Of a stretch of 32,000 nucleotides of DNA, positions 1-8,067 are shown in pieces. The first letter of the stretch is position 1, and each line of letters starts with the position of its first letter. The notes under the pieces were generated by a model. That model worked only from the letters and a program-made list of their open reading frames with translations, did not search any database and was not told the DNA's origin. Origin of the DNA: Aciduliprofundum boonei T469 (lineage in GTDB: Archaea > Thermoplasmatota > Thermoplasmata > Thermoplasmatales > Aciduliprofundaceae). A program made the position numbers and the translations under genes. Location of the stretch: assembly GCF_000025665.1 (NCBI RefSeq), contig NC_013926.1, forward strand, positions 540,001-572,000, written 5' to 3'.

Positions 1-783
1 GAAAATTCTTGATATTGCTGCTGCTACTCCAGAAGTCACGCCGGGAAGAAATCCGACTAGAGAGCCAGAGAGCGTACCCACAAGAGATGAAATGTAGTGT
101 TTTCTCTCAATTTTTGGCTTAACAATTCTCTGCTTGGGTACTATTGTATTTTGAGAGAGTAGTAAAACGGGTATGCCAAAGAGCCCCGTAAAAATGGGGA
201 ATAGGATGCTCATTCCTTTACCAAATATCACATAATTATGGTTCAAAGGGAAATGCAGGGCTATGTATCCAAAAGTTCCTGAAATGGTAATTACAAGTAT
301 GGAGAGAAGCATGCTTTTCAAATTTTTCTTACTTTCCATATATAGTAGGCCTAGAATTATGAGAAGAAGGAGCAAAGGGGTGTAAAAATAAAGATATTTT
401 GCGAGATTCATGTTTACAAGTGCAATTTGAAATAAGGGAATTAAAGGCAATGCGAAAATGGTGGCTAGGAGGGAGCCATAAGTTGAGATGTATATTGCTT
501 TGAAACCATCTCCCTGCAAGAGTAATCTGTGCATAGGGAGCACTGATAAGGAGGTATCTTCATTTGGGGCACCCAAGAATGTGGAGGGTATAAAGTCCAC
601 GAATGTATGTGTTATCATATTTGCAACGATTAGATTTGCTAAAAGTAATGGGTTAGTATGGAAGGAGGCGTATATGCAGAGAATTATTGCGGCAACATTA
701 TTAACATGAAGTCCGGGCATCAAGCCCGTTATTATGCCAAGCCCTACACCAATAAGCACAAATAAGATGTAGAGTAAAAGCAT
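1..783 (-). CDS. TctA/DUF112-family polytopic membrane protein. Only the N-terminal 261 codons are in the window; the 3' end lies beyond the edge.
   Basis: My manual minus-strand translation from the ATG at 783-781 runs to position 1 without a stop (MLLLYILFVLIGVGLGIITGLMPGLHVNNVAAIIL...SLVGTLSGSLVGFLPGVTSGVAAAISRIF). It is absent from the track because it leaves the window. It is very hydrophobic and carries GLMPGLH and GFLPGVTSG motifs like TctA/DUF112 proteins. It is a paralogue of 17291..18613. A TATA-like TTAAATAT (minus strand, 804-811) lies about 21 nt upstream. Confidence 0.75.
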   Translation of the reverse strand, partial: MLLLYILFVLIGVGLGIITGLMPGLHVNNVAAIILCIYASFHTNPLLLANLIVANMITHTFVDFIPSTFLGAPNEDTSLSVLPMHRLLLQGDGFKAIYISTYGSLLATIFALPLIPLFQIALVNMNLAKYLYFYTPLLLLLIILGLLYMESKKNLKSMLLSILVITISGTFGYIALHFPLNHNYVIFGKGMSILFPIFTGLFGIPVLLLSQNTIVPKQRIVKPKIERKHYISSLVGTLSGSLVGFLPGVTSGVAAAISRIF

Positions 784-845
784 ATATCCTCATTTTTTAG
801 GACATATTTAATTTTTCTCCAAGCATTTTTGATTTTTCAGAAAAG

Positions 846-894
846 TATATAAATAGAAAGTGATTTTACCCCACACCGAAAAGAAAGATGGAGG
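846..894 (+). promoter_or_regulatory. Promoter and ribosome-binding region of the surface-protein gene: TATA box TATATAAATA (846-855) and Shine-Dalgarno GGAGG (890-894)
   Basis: The AT-rich box lies about 49 nt upstream of the ATG at 904. GGAGG lies 9 nt upstream of that ATG. This gene is therefore leadered, unlike most genes in the window. Confidence 0.4.
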
Positions 895-903
895 GAAAAC
901 CCT

Positions 904-3900
904 ATGAACACCAAAAATTTGAAAAAAGGAGAAGTGATCGCAGCGATTGCGTTGCTGCTGCTTAGCGCCCTGGTATTTGCAGGGGCAGTGAACGCTCTTG
1001 AGCCACAAACTGGAGAGATGAGATTCGTTTTAATCTATCATGATGTTATTACTGGAGATAGTGATTTTCTTTCTGGAGTGAGTGTATCTCTGTTTGAGAT
1101 TAATGGTAAATATATATCATCCGCTGTATCATCATCCAGCGGAGTTGTGAAATTTGAGAATATACCCTATGGAAATTATGCTCTGAAAACCGATGGACAG
1201 GTCAAAGGCAACTATTTCTATGATGAATCATTCGCCACTGTAAAGTTTGACTCTTCTGGCTTGCATACTCTTGATGGCAACAGTTTCTGGAGCCTAAATG
1301 TGAATAGGTATCCTCTTCCAAATGTTCTTAACCTAACTGTAGAGAAGAATGGAGAAATCATACCTGCTCATGTATCTGTTTATTTCAAGAATGTAGAGAT
1401 TGCGAGCAAGAGCATTGATACTTATGGTTTATTTAACCTTCCTGATGGAAAGGTCACATTGAAGATAACATACTTGGATGGCGGAGTTAGCAAGGCTTAC
1501 TACAAAGAATTGGCAGTTAGTGGAAATATGAATCTAACAATTAATGTGGGAAATGCAAAGAAGATATGGGGTATAGTGGAGGATTCTTCCACAGGTTTGC
1601 CAGTGGCTACAAATGTGCACATAACACTCATAAATGAGAGCTCCAACGAGTTTAATGTTTTGCAATTCCCTGGCGGGCCGTTTAGCTTCTACCTTGTGGC
1701 TCCTCAGAATTACAAGGTAGTAATAACTGCAGATGGTTATGGAATTAAGAGCTATGCCGCCACGGAGCTTATGGGCTCTTCACCCGCAAAGATAGAGTTG
1801 AATCCTGTGGAGAATGATATTAATTACACCATCACCTTATCTAATGATCTGAAGACCATAAATATGGTTTACACGATGGATATAACAAACGAGACAATTC
1901 TTGCAAATCTTCCTTACAACGATACCGGAGTGCTCTATTACCAGCTCAAGTTCTTGGGTGTGGATAATGCATATCTTGAGAATTATTTCACAAACAATGT
2001 TGCCAAGTACACCACCAATTTGATAACTCTTGGCGGCAATATCTACGAGCTATCCACATACACTTCCGACTGGAAGGTAATAAATGCTGGAAATGAGGAG
2101 TTTAAAGTTACAATTGATGCCACTTATGTAAACGAGAATATTTCAAAGGATAATCTGCTTAAGAATGGAATGGTGGAGCTTGACCTCTATGGTGGGCAAA
2201 CTACATATCTTGGAGCTAAGCTAGTTTACAAGTATACAATTCAGCTTCCAAGTGATTTAGAGAGGAGCAATGAGGTGCGTGGAGCCGCTGTTAATGGTTA
2301 TGTGAATACCCTCACGATAACAGACATAAAGACATCACCTGTTAAGATAGATTTGAAGGAGAGAAAGAGTCCAGCCATGAATGTAGATCCACTGCATTTC
2401 AAGTTTGGATGGACAAAGATGGAGAACAAGAATTATGTTGTTAATCAGAGTGCAGACAATTATACCATCGTAGTGCCAGCAGGAAAGAGTGTATGGTTTA
2501 ATGCATCCAAGGTTGTTTACGATATGGTTCGTAATAAAGTGGATCCAGAGAACACCACTTACACCTGGGTATTTGATGGGCAGATTAAAGCTTCAGGAAA
2601 GGGTGTTTATAATGTCACAAGCACATTCTTGGTTGGAAAGCACATCTTGCAGCTTAAGGTTGCAGATATAGGTGGAAACACAAATGAGACGAATATTACA
2701 ATCCTTGCAGATGCTTATTATCCTACTGTGAATATGGTAATTGAGTACCCATCTGGCAAGATGGTTGCAAAGGTAAACATGGCGGCTGATATGAAGACTT
2801 TGAATTATGATGTATATGGTAAGAATGGGACAGTGAGCATAGTGAATGGAACTGCCTCCATACCCGTAACTCTAACATTTAACCAGACTCAGGAGATAAT
2901 TTATGATGCTTCCAAGAGCTACGATACATATGATGGCAAGAATAAGGTTGATTTGCCCTTAAATGTGGTTTGGAATTTCAATGGAGTCAAGACCACAGGG
3001 CTCAACAAGACTTACGCCTTTGAGAAGCCAACAAGAAATGGCACTTATACGATAAGTGTTAAGTTTACAGATGCGGTTAACAACACCGTTACCGTTAACT
3101 TCAAGGTAATAATTAAGGATATAACTCCACCAGTGCCCAAAGTGAACATAACATCTGGAGGAAAGCAGGTAGCTGAGATTAAAGAGGGAGAGCAGGTGAC
3201 ATTTGATGCCTCTGCCAGCTATGATCCTGATAATGGTACAATAGTATCTTACCAGTGGACTATAAAGGATCATAATTACAAAGTGCTCAATGAGAGCTCT
3301 GGAGATTTCAAGATTATCAGCGGATCTTTCACATCTCCTAAGCTCACTCTTGAGTTCACCCACTTTGGCACTTATTACATAATTTTGAACATCACCGATG
3401 CTGCAGGAAATTACAAGGTTTACAACAAGACATTTAGGGTAGCACCAGTTAGACCTGATCTCTCAGTTACAGATGTGCAAGTAAAAGGAGATAGAGTTGA
3501 AGGAAGTCAGTTAACATTCGTGGTAAATGTCACAAATAATGGAAACAAGAATGCAAGTGTGTACTATATAATTCTCCTTGTGGACGGCAAGGAAGTGGTG
3601 AATAAGACATTCTACAATCTAAGTGCAGGAAGCTCTGTAGAGGATAATATTACATATGCATTCAGTGGAGCAAACAATTATTCAGTAACTGTTAAAGTCT
3701 ACTGCCCTGACGAGCCAGCAAGCTATACAAGTGATAACAAGAAAGAAATGAACATTGATATTGCTCAGGCACCTTGGAAGACACCTGCCTTGGTTATAGG
3801 GGTTATAGCGATAATTATAGTGCTGGGATACATCGGCTGGATTGCACAGAAGAAGAAGGCAGGCAAAGGCAAATTTACAAAGAGGACCAAGGAGAAGAAA

Positions 3901-3921
3901 GAAAAGAAGGGAAAGAAATAA
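904..3921 (+). CDS. Large cell-surface (S-layer-like) glycoprotein with PKD and CARDB domains, a C-terminal TM anchor and a Lys-rich tail
   Basis: 1005-aa ORF. Signal peptide AIALLLLSALVFAGAVNA. CarboxypepD_reg-like segment (GVVKFENIPYGNYALKT). At least three PKD-like modules (YTWVFDG..LQLKVADIGGN; VVWNFNG..GTYTISVKFTDAVNN; VTFDASASYDPDNGTIVSYQWTI..GTYYIILNITDAAGN). CARDB-like module (PDLSVTDVQV..FVVNVTNNGN). TM ALVIGVIAIIIVLGYIGWIA followed by KKKAGKGKFTKRTKEKKEKKGKK. Many N-x-S/T sequons. Confidence 0.85.
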   Translation: MNTKNLKKGEVIAAIALLLLSALVFAGAVNALEPQTGEMRFVLIYHDVITGDSDFLSGVSVSLFEINGKYISSAVSSSSGVVKFENIPYGNYALKTDGQVKGNYFYDESFATVKFDSSGLHTLDGNSFWSLNVNRYPLPNVLNLTVEKNGEIIPAHVSVYFKNVEIASKSIDTYGLFNLPDGKVTLKITYLDGGVSKAYYKELAVSGNMNLTINVGNAKKIWGIVEDSSTGLPVATNVHITLINESSNEFNVLQFPGGPFSFYLVAPQNYKVVITADGYGIKSYAATELMGSSPAKIELNPVENDINYTITLSNDLKTINMVYTMDITNETILANLPYNDTGVLYYQLKFLGVDNAYLENYFTNNVAKYTTNLITLGGNIYELSTYTSDWKVINAGNEEFKVTIDATYVNENISKDNLLKNGMVELDLYGGQTTYLGAKLVYKYTIQLPSDLERSNEVRGAAVNGYVNTLTITDIKTSPVKIDLKERKSPAMNVDPLHFKFGWTKMENKNYVVNQSADNYTIVVPAGKSVWFNASKVVYDMVRNKVDPENTTYTWVFDGQIKASGKGVYNVTSTFLVGKHILQLKVADIGGNTNETNITILADAYYPTVNMVIEYPSGKMVAKVNMAADMKTLNYDVYGKNGTVSIVNGTASIPVTLTFNQTQEIIYDASKSYDTYDGKNKVDLPLNVVWNFNGVKTTGLNKTYAFEKPTRNGTYTISVKFTDAVNNTVTVNFKVIIKDITPPVPKVNITSGGKQVAEIKEGEQVTFDASASYDPDNGTIVSYQWTIKDHNYKVLNESSGDFKIISGSFTSPKLTLEFTHFGTYYIILNITDAAGNYKVYNKTFRVAPVRPDLSVTDVQVKGDRVEGSQLTFVVNVTNNGNKNASVYYIILLVDGKEVVNKTFYNLSAGSSVEDNITYAFSGANNYSVTVKVYCPDEPASYTSDNKKEMNIDIAQAPWKTPALVIGVIAIIIVLGYIGWIAQKKKAGKGKFTKRTKEKKEKKGKK

Positions 3922-3923
3922 AT

Positions 3924-5591
3924 CTACATTTTTTCTGGGGCTTCTATTCCCAGAAGCTCCAAAACATCTTTTATTAATTTTTTAAATGCTTTTACAATGG
4001 CCAATCTTGTATTTCTCGTATTATCATCTGCCTTCAGCACAGGGCAATCTCTGTAAAACTGATTGAATTGAGATGCTAGAGTGTAAGCGTATCTTGCCAT
4101 TATGTAAGGGCTCAATCTTCTAACTGCATTCTCAACCATTGAGGGATATTTTGCCATGAGTTTGAGAAGTTTAATCTCTTGAGGATGTGATATGTAATCT
4201 ATTGAATACTCTCCATTCCAATTCGTTTTTCTCAGTATACTTGCTGCTCTTGCATGGGTGTATTGTATGAAAGGAGCGCTCTCTCCTTCAAAATTGAGTG
4301 CGTCTTCCCAGCGGAATGTCATTGGCTTCTCTTCTTGCACATTTAATATGTGGAACCTTATGGCACCAACAGCGATTGCTCTTCTTATTTTTTCCATCTC
4401 TTCTTTCTCATATTCTCTATTCTTTATTATCTCATTAACTCTTGCCTCTGCCTCTTTTAGCAAATCATCAAGATATACAACCTTCCCTTGGCGCGTGCTC
4501 ATCTTACCCTCAGGAAGCTTTACAAAAGAGTAAAAAAGTGCATCTAGTTCTATATTTTCATTTAGAATTTCAACGATTTTCTTAATTGCCTGAAAATGAA
4601 GTTTATGGTCCTCCCCTAAAACATCAACATTTTTTCTGGCTCTTTCTCCTTTTAGGAGATGATAGGCTATGTCTCTAAGGGGATATAGTGTTGTGCCATC
4701 TCTCCTGAATAGGTATAATCTGTCCTTTCCCTCCACACCGAGCTCTTTCAAATCAATATAGAATGCTCCGTCATCCTCTTTAAGATAATCTTTCAAGGAA
4801 TCTGCAACATCCCTTGCTCTGTTCACAAGCGAGGATTCCCAGATGAAGCTGTCAAAGTGAATGTTTATGTTTTTCAAGCTCTCTTCGATACCTTTTAGTA
4901 CAGAGCCTACATATTTCTCCGCCATTTTGCGTAGTTCTTCATCTCCCCTCTCGTATTTCCATATAATTTCTTGTATTTCCTCTTCAATTTTGGGATTCTT
5001 TTCCAGTTCTCTATACGCTGCTTGATAATAAGGCACATATCTGTAATCTCCCCTAGTATCTTTTTCTTCGATTTTGATATTTTTTATGCCCCATAGCAGA
5101 GTTGCAACCTGCTTTCCTACATCATTTACAAAGTACTGCACTTCAACATCATATCCATATTTCCTCATTACTCTTGCCAGAGAATCGCCTATAATTGAGT
5201 TCCTTGTGCGGCCTACATGCAATGGTCCTGTTGGATTTGCACTGGTATGCTCTACAATAACTTTTTCCCTCTTTTGGAATTTGAAAATTTCCCCGCTTAA
5301 AATTTCTTGGAGAGTTAATTCCGCTAATTTCCTCGTGTGGATCCAAAAATTTACATAAGGACCCACAGCTTCAATCTTTTCAAAATATTCATCCTTCAAT
5401 TTTTCTGCAATATCCTTTGCTATGAGTGCAGGATTTTTCTTCATCTCCTTTGCCAGAGAGAAGCATGGAAGTGTGAAATCTCCAAAATTCTCCTTTGCCT
5501 CTTCAACCTCCATATTTATCCCGATGTTACGAAGCATAGCATTTGCTCTATCCCTAAAAATCGAGATTATATCCATAGAGCTTGATTGCAT
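3924..5591 (-). CDS. argS: Arginyl-tRNA synthetase
   Basis: 555-aa ORF. Class I HIGH-type motif (SANPTGPLHVGRTRN) and KMSKS-type motif (GKMSTRQG). The C-terminal anticodon-binding region is typical of ArgRS. The start could alternatively be the internal Met at 5576. Confidence 0.95.
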   Translation of the reverse strand: MQSSSMDIISIFRDRANAMLRNIGINMEVEEAKENFGDFTLPCFSLAKEMKKNPALIAKDIAEKLKDEYFEKIEAVGPYVNFWIHTRKLAELTLQEILSGEIFKFQKREKVIVEHTSANPTGPLHVGRTRNSIIGDSLARVMRKYGYDVEVQYFVNDVGKQVATLLWGIKNIKIEEKDTRGDYRYVPYYQAAYRELEKNPKIEEEIQEIIWKYERGDEELRKMAEKYVGSVLKGIEESLKNINIHFDSFIWESSLVNRARDVADSLKDYLKEDDGAFYIDLKELGVEGKDRLYLFRRDGTTLYPLRDIAYHLLKGERARKNVDVLGEDHKLHFQAIKKIVEILNENIELDALFYSFVKLPEGKMSTRQGKVVYLDDLLKEAEARVNEIIKNREYEKEEMEKIRRAIAVGAIRFHILNVQEEKPMTFRWEDALNFEGESAPFIQYTHARAASILRKTNWNGEYSIDYISHPQEIKLLKLMAKYPSMVENAVRRLSPYIMARYAYTLASQFNQFYRDCPVLKADDNTRNTRLAIVKAFKKLIKDVLELLGIEAPEKM

Positions 5592-5614
5592 AGCTGTAAA
5601 AATAACTTTTCCTG

Positions 5615-5962
5615 TTAGCTTGGATCCTCGTATATTCTCTCCTCCTCTCTTTCTTCAAAAGAAAAATGCTTGGATTTGCTTAATTCTTTTAGGTCTCTTA
5701 TTACATACTTTATTGCTTTTGATTCAGCGCTTCCCAAGCCAGTGCCTCCTCCAGCAATTATTGTCATCTTATTCTCTTCAATTAATATGCTCACCATCAA
5801 ATTCCCCTGAGCTCTAAAAAACCATCTTTCAACAAATATTGCATATAGGTTTTGAGCTTTATGAGTGTATATGGGATTTTCCCATTCTTTTAACTTATTA
5901 TTAAGAGATTCAAAAAGCTCCTCCTTAGATATTCCTCTTACCGTTACTTCTTTCACAATCAT
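5615..5962 (-). CDS. Hypothetical small protein (115 aa)
   Basis: The track ORF is 5615..6025. I prefer the internal ATG at 5962 (MIVKEVTVRGISKEELF...) because a TATA-like TTTAAATA (minus strand, 5985-5992) sits 23 nt upstream of it and inside the longer ORF. I do not recognise a family. It contains a Gly-rich GGGTGLGS segment and an acidic C-terminus. Confidence 0.55.
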   Translation of the reverse strand: MIVKEVTVRGISKEELFESLNNKLKEWENPIYTHKAQNLYAIFVERWFFRAQGNLMVSILIEENKMTIIAGGGTGLGSAESKAIKYVIRDLKELSKSKHFSFEEREEERIYEDPS

Positions 5963-6146
5963 AAAAGAAGATAAAAATTGGAAATATTTAAACCATGGTT
6001 TAAAACATGTCATCATACATTCCAAGGGAAGATAGCAGGGGGAGAAATAAATAGCAAATCATTCCAAACTATAATATTTCTTTGGGAGTAAAGCACCTAT
6101 TCCTTAGGGAAGAGTGTAGAGAGAGAAACCGTAGGTGTCTCTTCAG

Positions 6147-6270
6147 CGGGCCCGCCGGGATTCGAACCCGGGTCAAGGGCTTTCTTAAACCCCTTCTTTA
6201 CGGGTAAAGCCGCTTTCTTTAGAAAGGGGCTTCCGGAGGCCCCGAGGATATCCAGCTACCCCACGGGCCC
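6147..6270 (-). tRNA. Intron-containing tRNA, probably tRNA-Arg(CCG), with an intron of about 51 nt at the canonical 37/38 position
   Basis: Minus-strand read: GGGCCCG UG GGGU AGCUGGAUA UCCU C GGGGC CUCCGG [intron about 51 nt] A GCCCU UGAC CCGGG UUCGAAU CCCGG CGGGCCC G. The acceptor stem is a perfect 7-bp GC-rich helix. The T arm is canonical (GTTCGAATC) and the D loop has GG. The anticodon loop is CU-CCG-G. It forms a GC-rich island in AT-rich DNA. CCA is not encoded. The isotype call depends on my manual intron placement. Confidence 0.8.
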
Positions 6271-6271
6271 C

Positions 6272-6424
6272 TCATTTCTTTTTAAATTCAGTATATCCGC
6301 ATTTGCCGCAAGAGTAGCGATCCTCATGCTCAGCCATAAAAACTCCGGGACCGCACTTTGGGCAAAAACGCCTTTTGCGAACGATTTTACCGTCTTTTAT
6401 TTCATACAACTCTCTTTTTTCCAT
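6272..6424 (-). CDS. rps27ae: Ribosomal protein S27ae (eS31)
   Basis: 50-aa ORF, below the track cutoff, found manually: [50 protein letters not shown]. It has the CPxCG...CGxCG zinc ribbon typical of S27ae and follows rps24e as in other archaea. Its TGA stop at 6272-6274 is 1 nt from the tRNA 5' end. Confidence 0.9.
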   Translation of the reverse strand: MEKRELYEIKDGKIVRKRRFCPKCGPGVFMAEHEDRYSCGKCGYTEFKKK

Positions 6425-6426
6425 AA

Positions 6427-6732
6427 TTATTCCTCCTCTTTCTTCTCAATGAGCTTGTTTCTTATGAGAATGTAATCGGGCTCAATCTTCTTTGCATTCT
6501 CAACATCATCGTAGATTTTGGCAAATCCAGTTGTGGTTGTTGAACCAAAGGGAGTATGCATATTATCCAAAATTACCCTATTCTTATCGGCATTTAAATT
6601 AGCAGCAAGCAAGTTCCTAACCTCATCTCTACTTGGTGTTTTACTCTTGGGGTGAGATACTTCAAACTTTACCTCTACACGGTGTAGTAAGGGATTATCT
6701 TTCTTCTCCAATATCTTAAGCTCCATGCTCAT
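6427..6732 (-). CDS. rps24e: Ribosomal protein S24e
   Basis: 101-aa ORF ([30 protein letters not shown]...LA). Typical S24e sequence and conserved operon position. Confidence 0.95.
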   Translation of the reverse strand: MSMELKILEKKDNPLLHRVEVKFEVSHPKSKTPSRDEVRNLLAANLNADKNRVILDNMHTPFGSTTTTGFAKIYDDVENAKKIEPDYILIRNKLIEKKEEE

Positions 6733-7238
6733 ACCTCCATTTCCTTTATTATTTCCATAACTTTCCTCTTATCTTCATCACTGACCTTTAGCCAAACTAA
6801 ACCCGTATTGGGCATTCCATATATAACATTAGCGCCTAAATTTGCAAAAAATACAACAGGTATTACGGCCAAATCCTCCTCCCCATCAACTTCTATCTTC
6901 ACAGAATCGTACTGCATTGCCTCTCTTACTGCATTCCATAATTCTGGAGTTATCTGGCTGCGAGGATTTTTCACCTTTATGATTTTTTTGCCAAATTTCT
7001 TGACATCCTCGTATATTTTTTCTCCCCTCTTTGTTTTGTAATCCACTATTGCAATTTTTGGCTTTATGCCGCGATTTAAAAGTGTGTGGGTAACGACATC
7101 ACCCACGGAAAAAATCTCACCTTCAATATTCTTCAACTCATCCTCACTGATTAATTTTCCATATATTTTTTGCAGTTTTTTCCTCGTTTCTTCTTTGAGG
7201 AGCAACGGCTTATCTAACTCGTAGTGCGTATTCTCCAT
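6729..7238 (-). CDS. DUF359 protein, GTP-dependent dephospho-CoA kinase family
   Basis: The track ORF extends to 7325. I trim to the ATG at 7238 (MENTHYELDKPLLLKEETRKKL...), which still overlaps spt4 by 29 nt; a TTG at 7205 is an alternative start. It has VGDVV, VDYKTKRG and GEEDLAVIP motifs. It occupies the conserved archaeal spt4-DUF359-S24e-S27ae position. The stop overlaps the rps24e start by 4 nt. Confidence 0.8.
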   Translation of the reverse strand: MENTHYELDKPLLLKEETRKKLQKIYGKLISEDELKNIEGEIFSVGDVVTHTLLNRGIKPKIAIVDYKTKRGEKIYEDVKKFGKKIIKVKNPRSQITPELWNAVREAMQYDSVKIEVDGEEDLAVIPVVFFANLGANVIYGMPNTGLVWLKVSDEDKRKVMEIIKEMEV

Positions 7239-7395
7239 TATCCGCACCCATTGCCTCTGCGATTTTTGATTTATCCTTGTCAAGAATGAAAACATAACCA
7301 TGCCACTCGGTTGTTGTCTCTCCACCGCAAGTGGGGCATATATCCTCCGTGGTTATTCTTCTGCAATTGCGACACGCTTTAAGCTCTCCCTTCAT
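7210..7395 (-). CDS. spt4: Transcription elongation factor Spt4 (RpoE'')
   Basis: 61-aa ORF with the zinc ribbon CRNC...CPTCG and a ...EWHGYVFI... core. It has a 4-nt overlap with the upstream rpoE'. Confidence 0.9.
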   Translation of the reverse strand: MKGELKACRNCRRITTEDICPTCGGETTTEWHGYVFILDKDKSKIAEAMGADNGEYALRVR

Positions 7396-7991
7396 TCCTT
7401 TCCCTCCTTCTCACCCTTGACCATTTCTTCAATCCATTCAAACTTGCCCAAGCCGGGCTGCCGCATTGTGAGTCCTATCTTGCTTTGTCTGGGATTTGCA
7501 TCGTTTATGCTCAGAGCAACAACTCTCGCCATTACTTTATCCTTTACCCTTAAACTTCTCTTTGTTTCCCTTCCAATAAATCTCTTATTATCCAGGTCAA
7601 TATCAATGACATCGTCCATTATCTGGCTTATGTGGAGCAAGCCGTCAATGGGTCCAAACCTTATAAATGCTCCAAATTTAAGGACATCCACAACATCTCC
7701 AACTACAACTTCTTGCAATTCGGGATGGAATGCGAGGGCTTTGAATCGAACTTTCTGGTAGACGGCCCCATCCCCAGGTACTATTATTCCCTCATCCACT
7801 TTCTCTAAGGATAGAATTAGCACTATTATGTACTTCCTCTCAGCAGGGTCTTTAACCTCGTTGCGGGGGAATGAGTAAACACTACCCTCAATTTTCTCCC
7901 TTGCCAGCTCCTCAATAACTTGGTCTATATCCTCGGCTAACATCGGGGGTGGAATGCGAATAACATCCTCTTGCTCAACAATTAAATACAT
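7392..7991 (-). CDS. rpoE: DNA-directed RNA polymerase subunit E' (Rpo7)
   Basis: I trim the track ORF 7392..8075 to the ATG at 7991 (MYLIVEQEDVIRIPPPML...), the typical Rpo7 N-terminus. It has a C-terminal S1 domain (GDVVDVLKFGAFIRFGPIDGLLHISQI). A TATA-like TTTATAAA at 8014-8021 lies 23 nt upstream. Confidence 0.9.
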   Translation of the reverse strand: MYLIVEQEDVIRIPPPMLAEDIDQVIEELAREKIEGSVYSFPRNEVKDPAERKYIIVLILSLEKVDEGIIVPGDGAVYQKVRFKALAFHPELQEVVVGDVVDVLKFGAFIRFGPIDGLLHISQIMDDVIDIDLDNKRFIGRETKRSLRVKDKVMARVVALSINDANPRQSKIGLTMRQPGLGKFEWIEEMVKGEKEGKE

Positions 7992-8067
7992 GCTTTGGCG
8001 AAAGTTTAAGGGGTTTATAAATTTTCGCATGTGGAAAGGTATATATTGCCTGTGTATATGCACCATT

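Noticed and set aside
6010-6016. A possible C/D-box sRNA, suggested by an ATGATGA C-box-like heptamer on the minus strand in the tRNA to 5962 spacer.
   Set aside because: I found no D box (CTGA) or C'/D' elements at the appropriate 50-70 nt distance downstream. The heptamer is explained by chance in AT-rich DNA.
6026-6300. The tRNA gene as an integration hotspot for a mobile element.
   Set aside because: There is no integrase, no direct repeat of the tRNA 3' end and no compositionally foreign block adjacent to it. The flanks are conserved housekeeping genes.
7300-7761. A 153-aa plus-strand ORF and many similar track ORFs. Examples are 488..709, 2959..3363, 4258..4533, 5074..5358, 5337..5585, 5422..5817, 6808..7041, 8271..8571, 9511..9756, 11411..11794, 19993..20325, 20495..20866, 20871..21101, 23333..23620, 24726..25019, 26475..26789, 27650..27957, 29017..29208 and 29427..30258.
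   Set aside because: All are embedded antisense or out of frame within ORFs that have clear family signatures (rpoE', argS, GGR, ftsZ and others). Their translations are low-complexity Ser/Leu/Phe-rich shadow sequences with no recognisable motifs.
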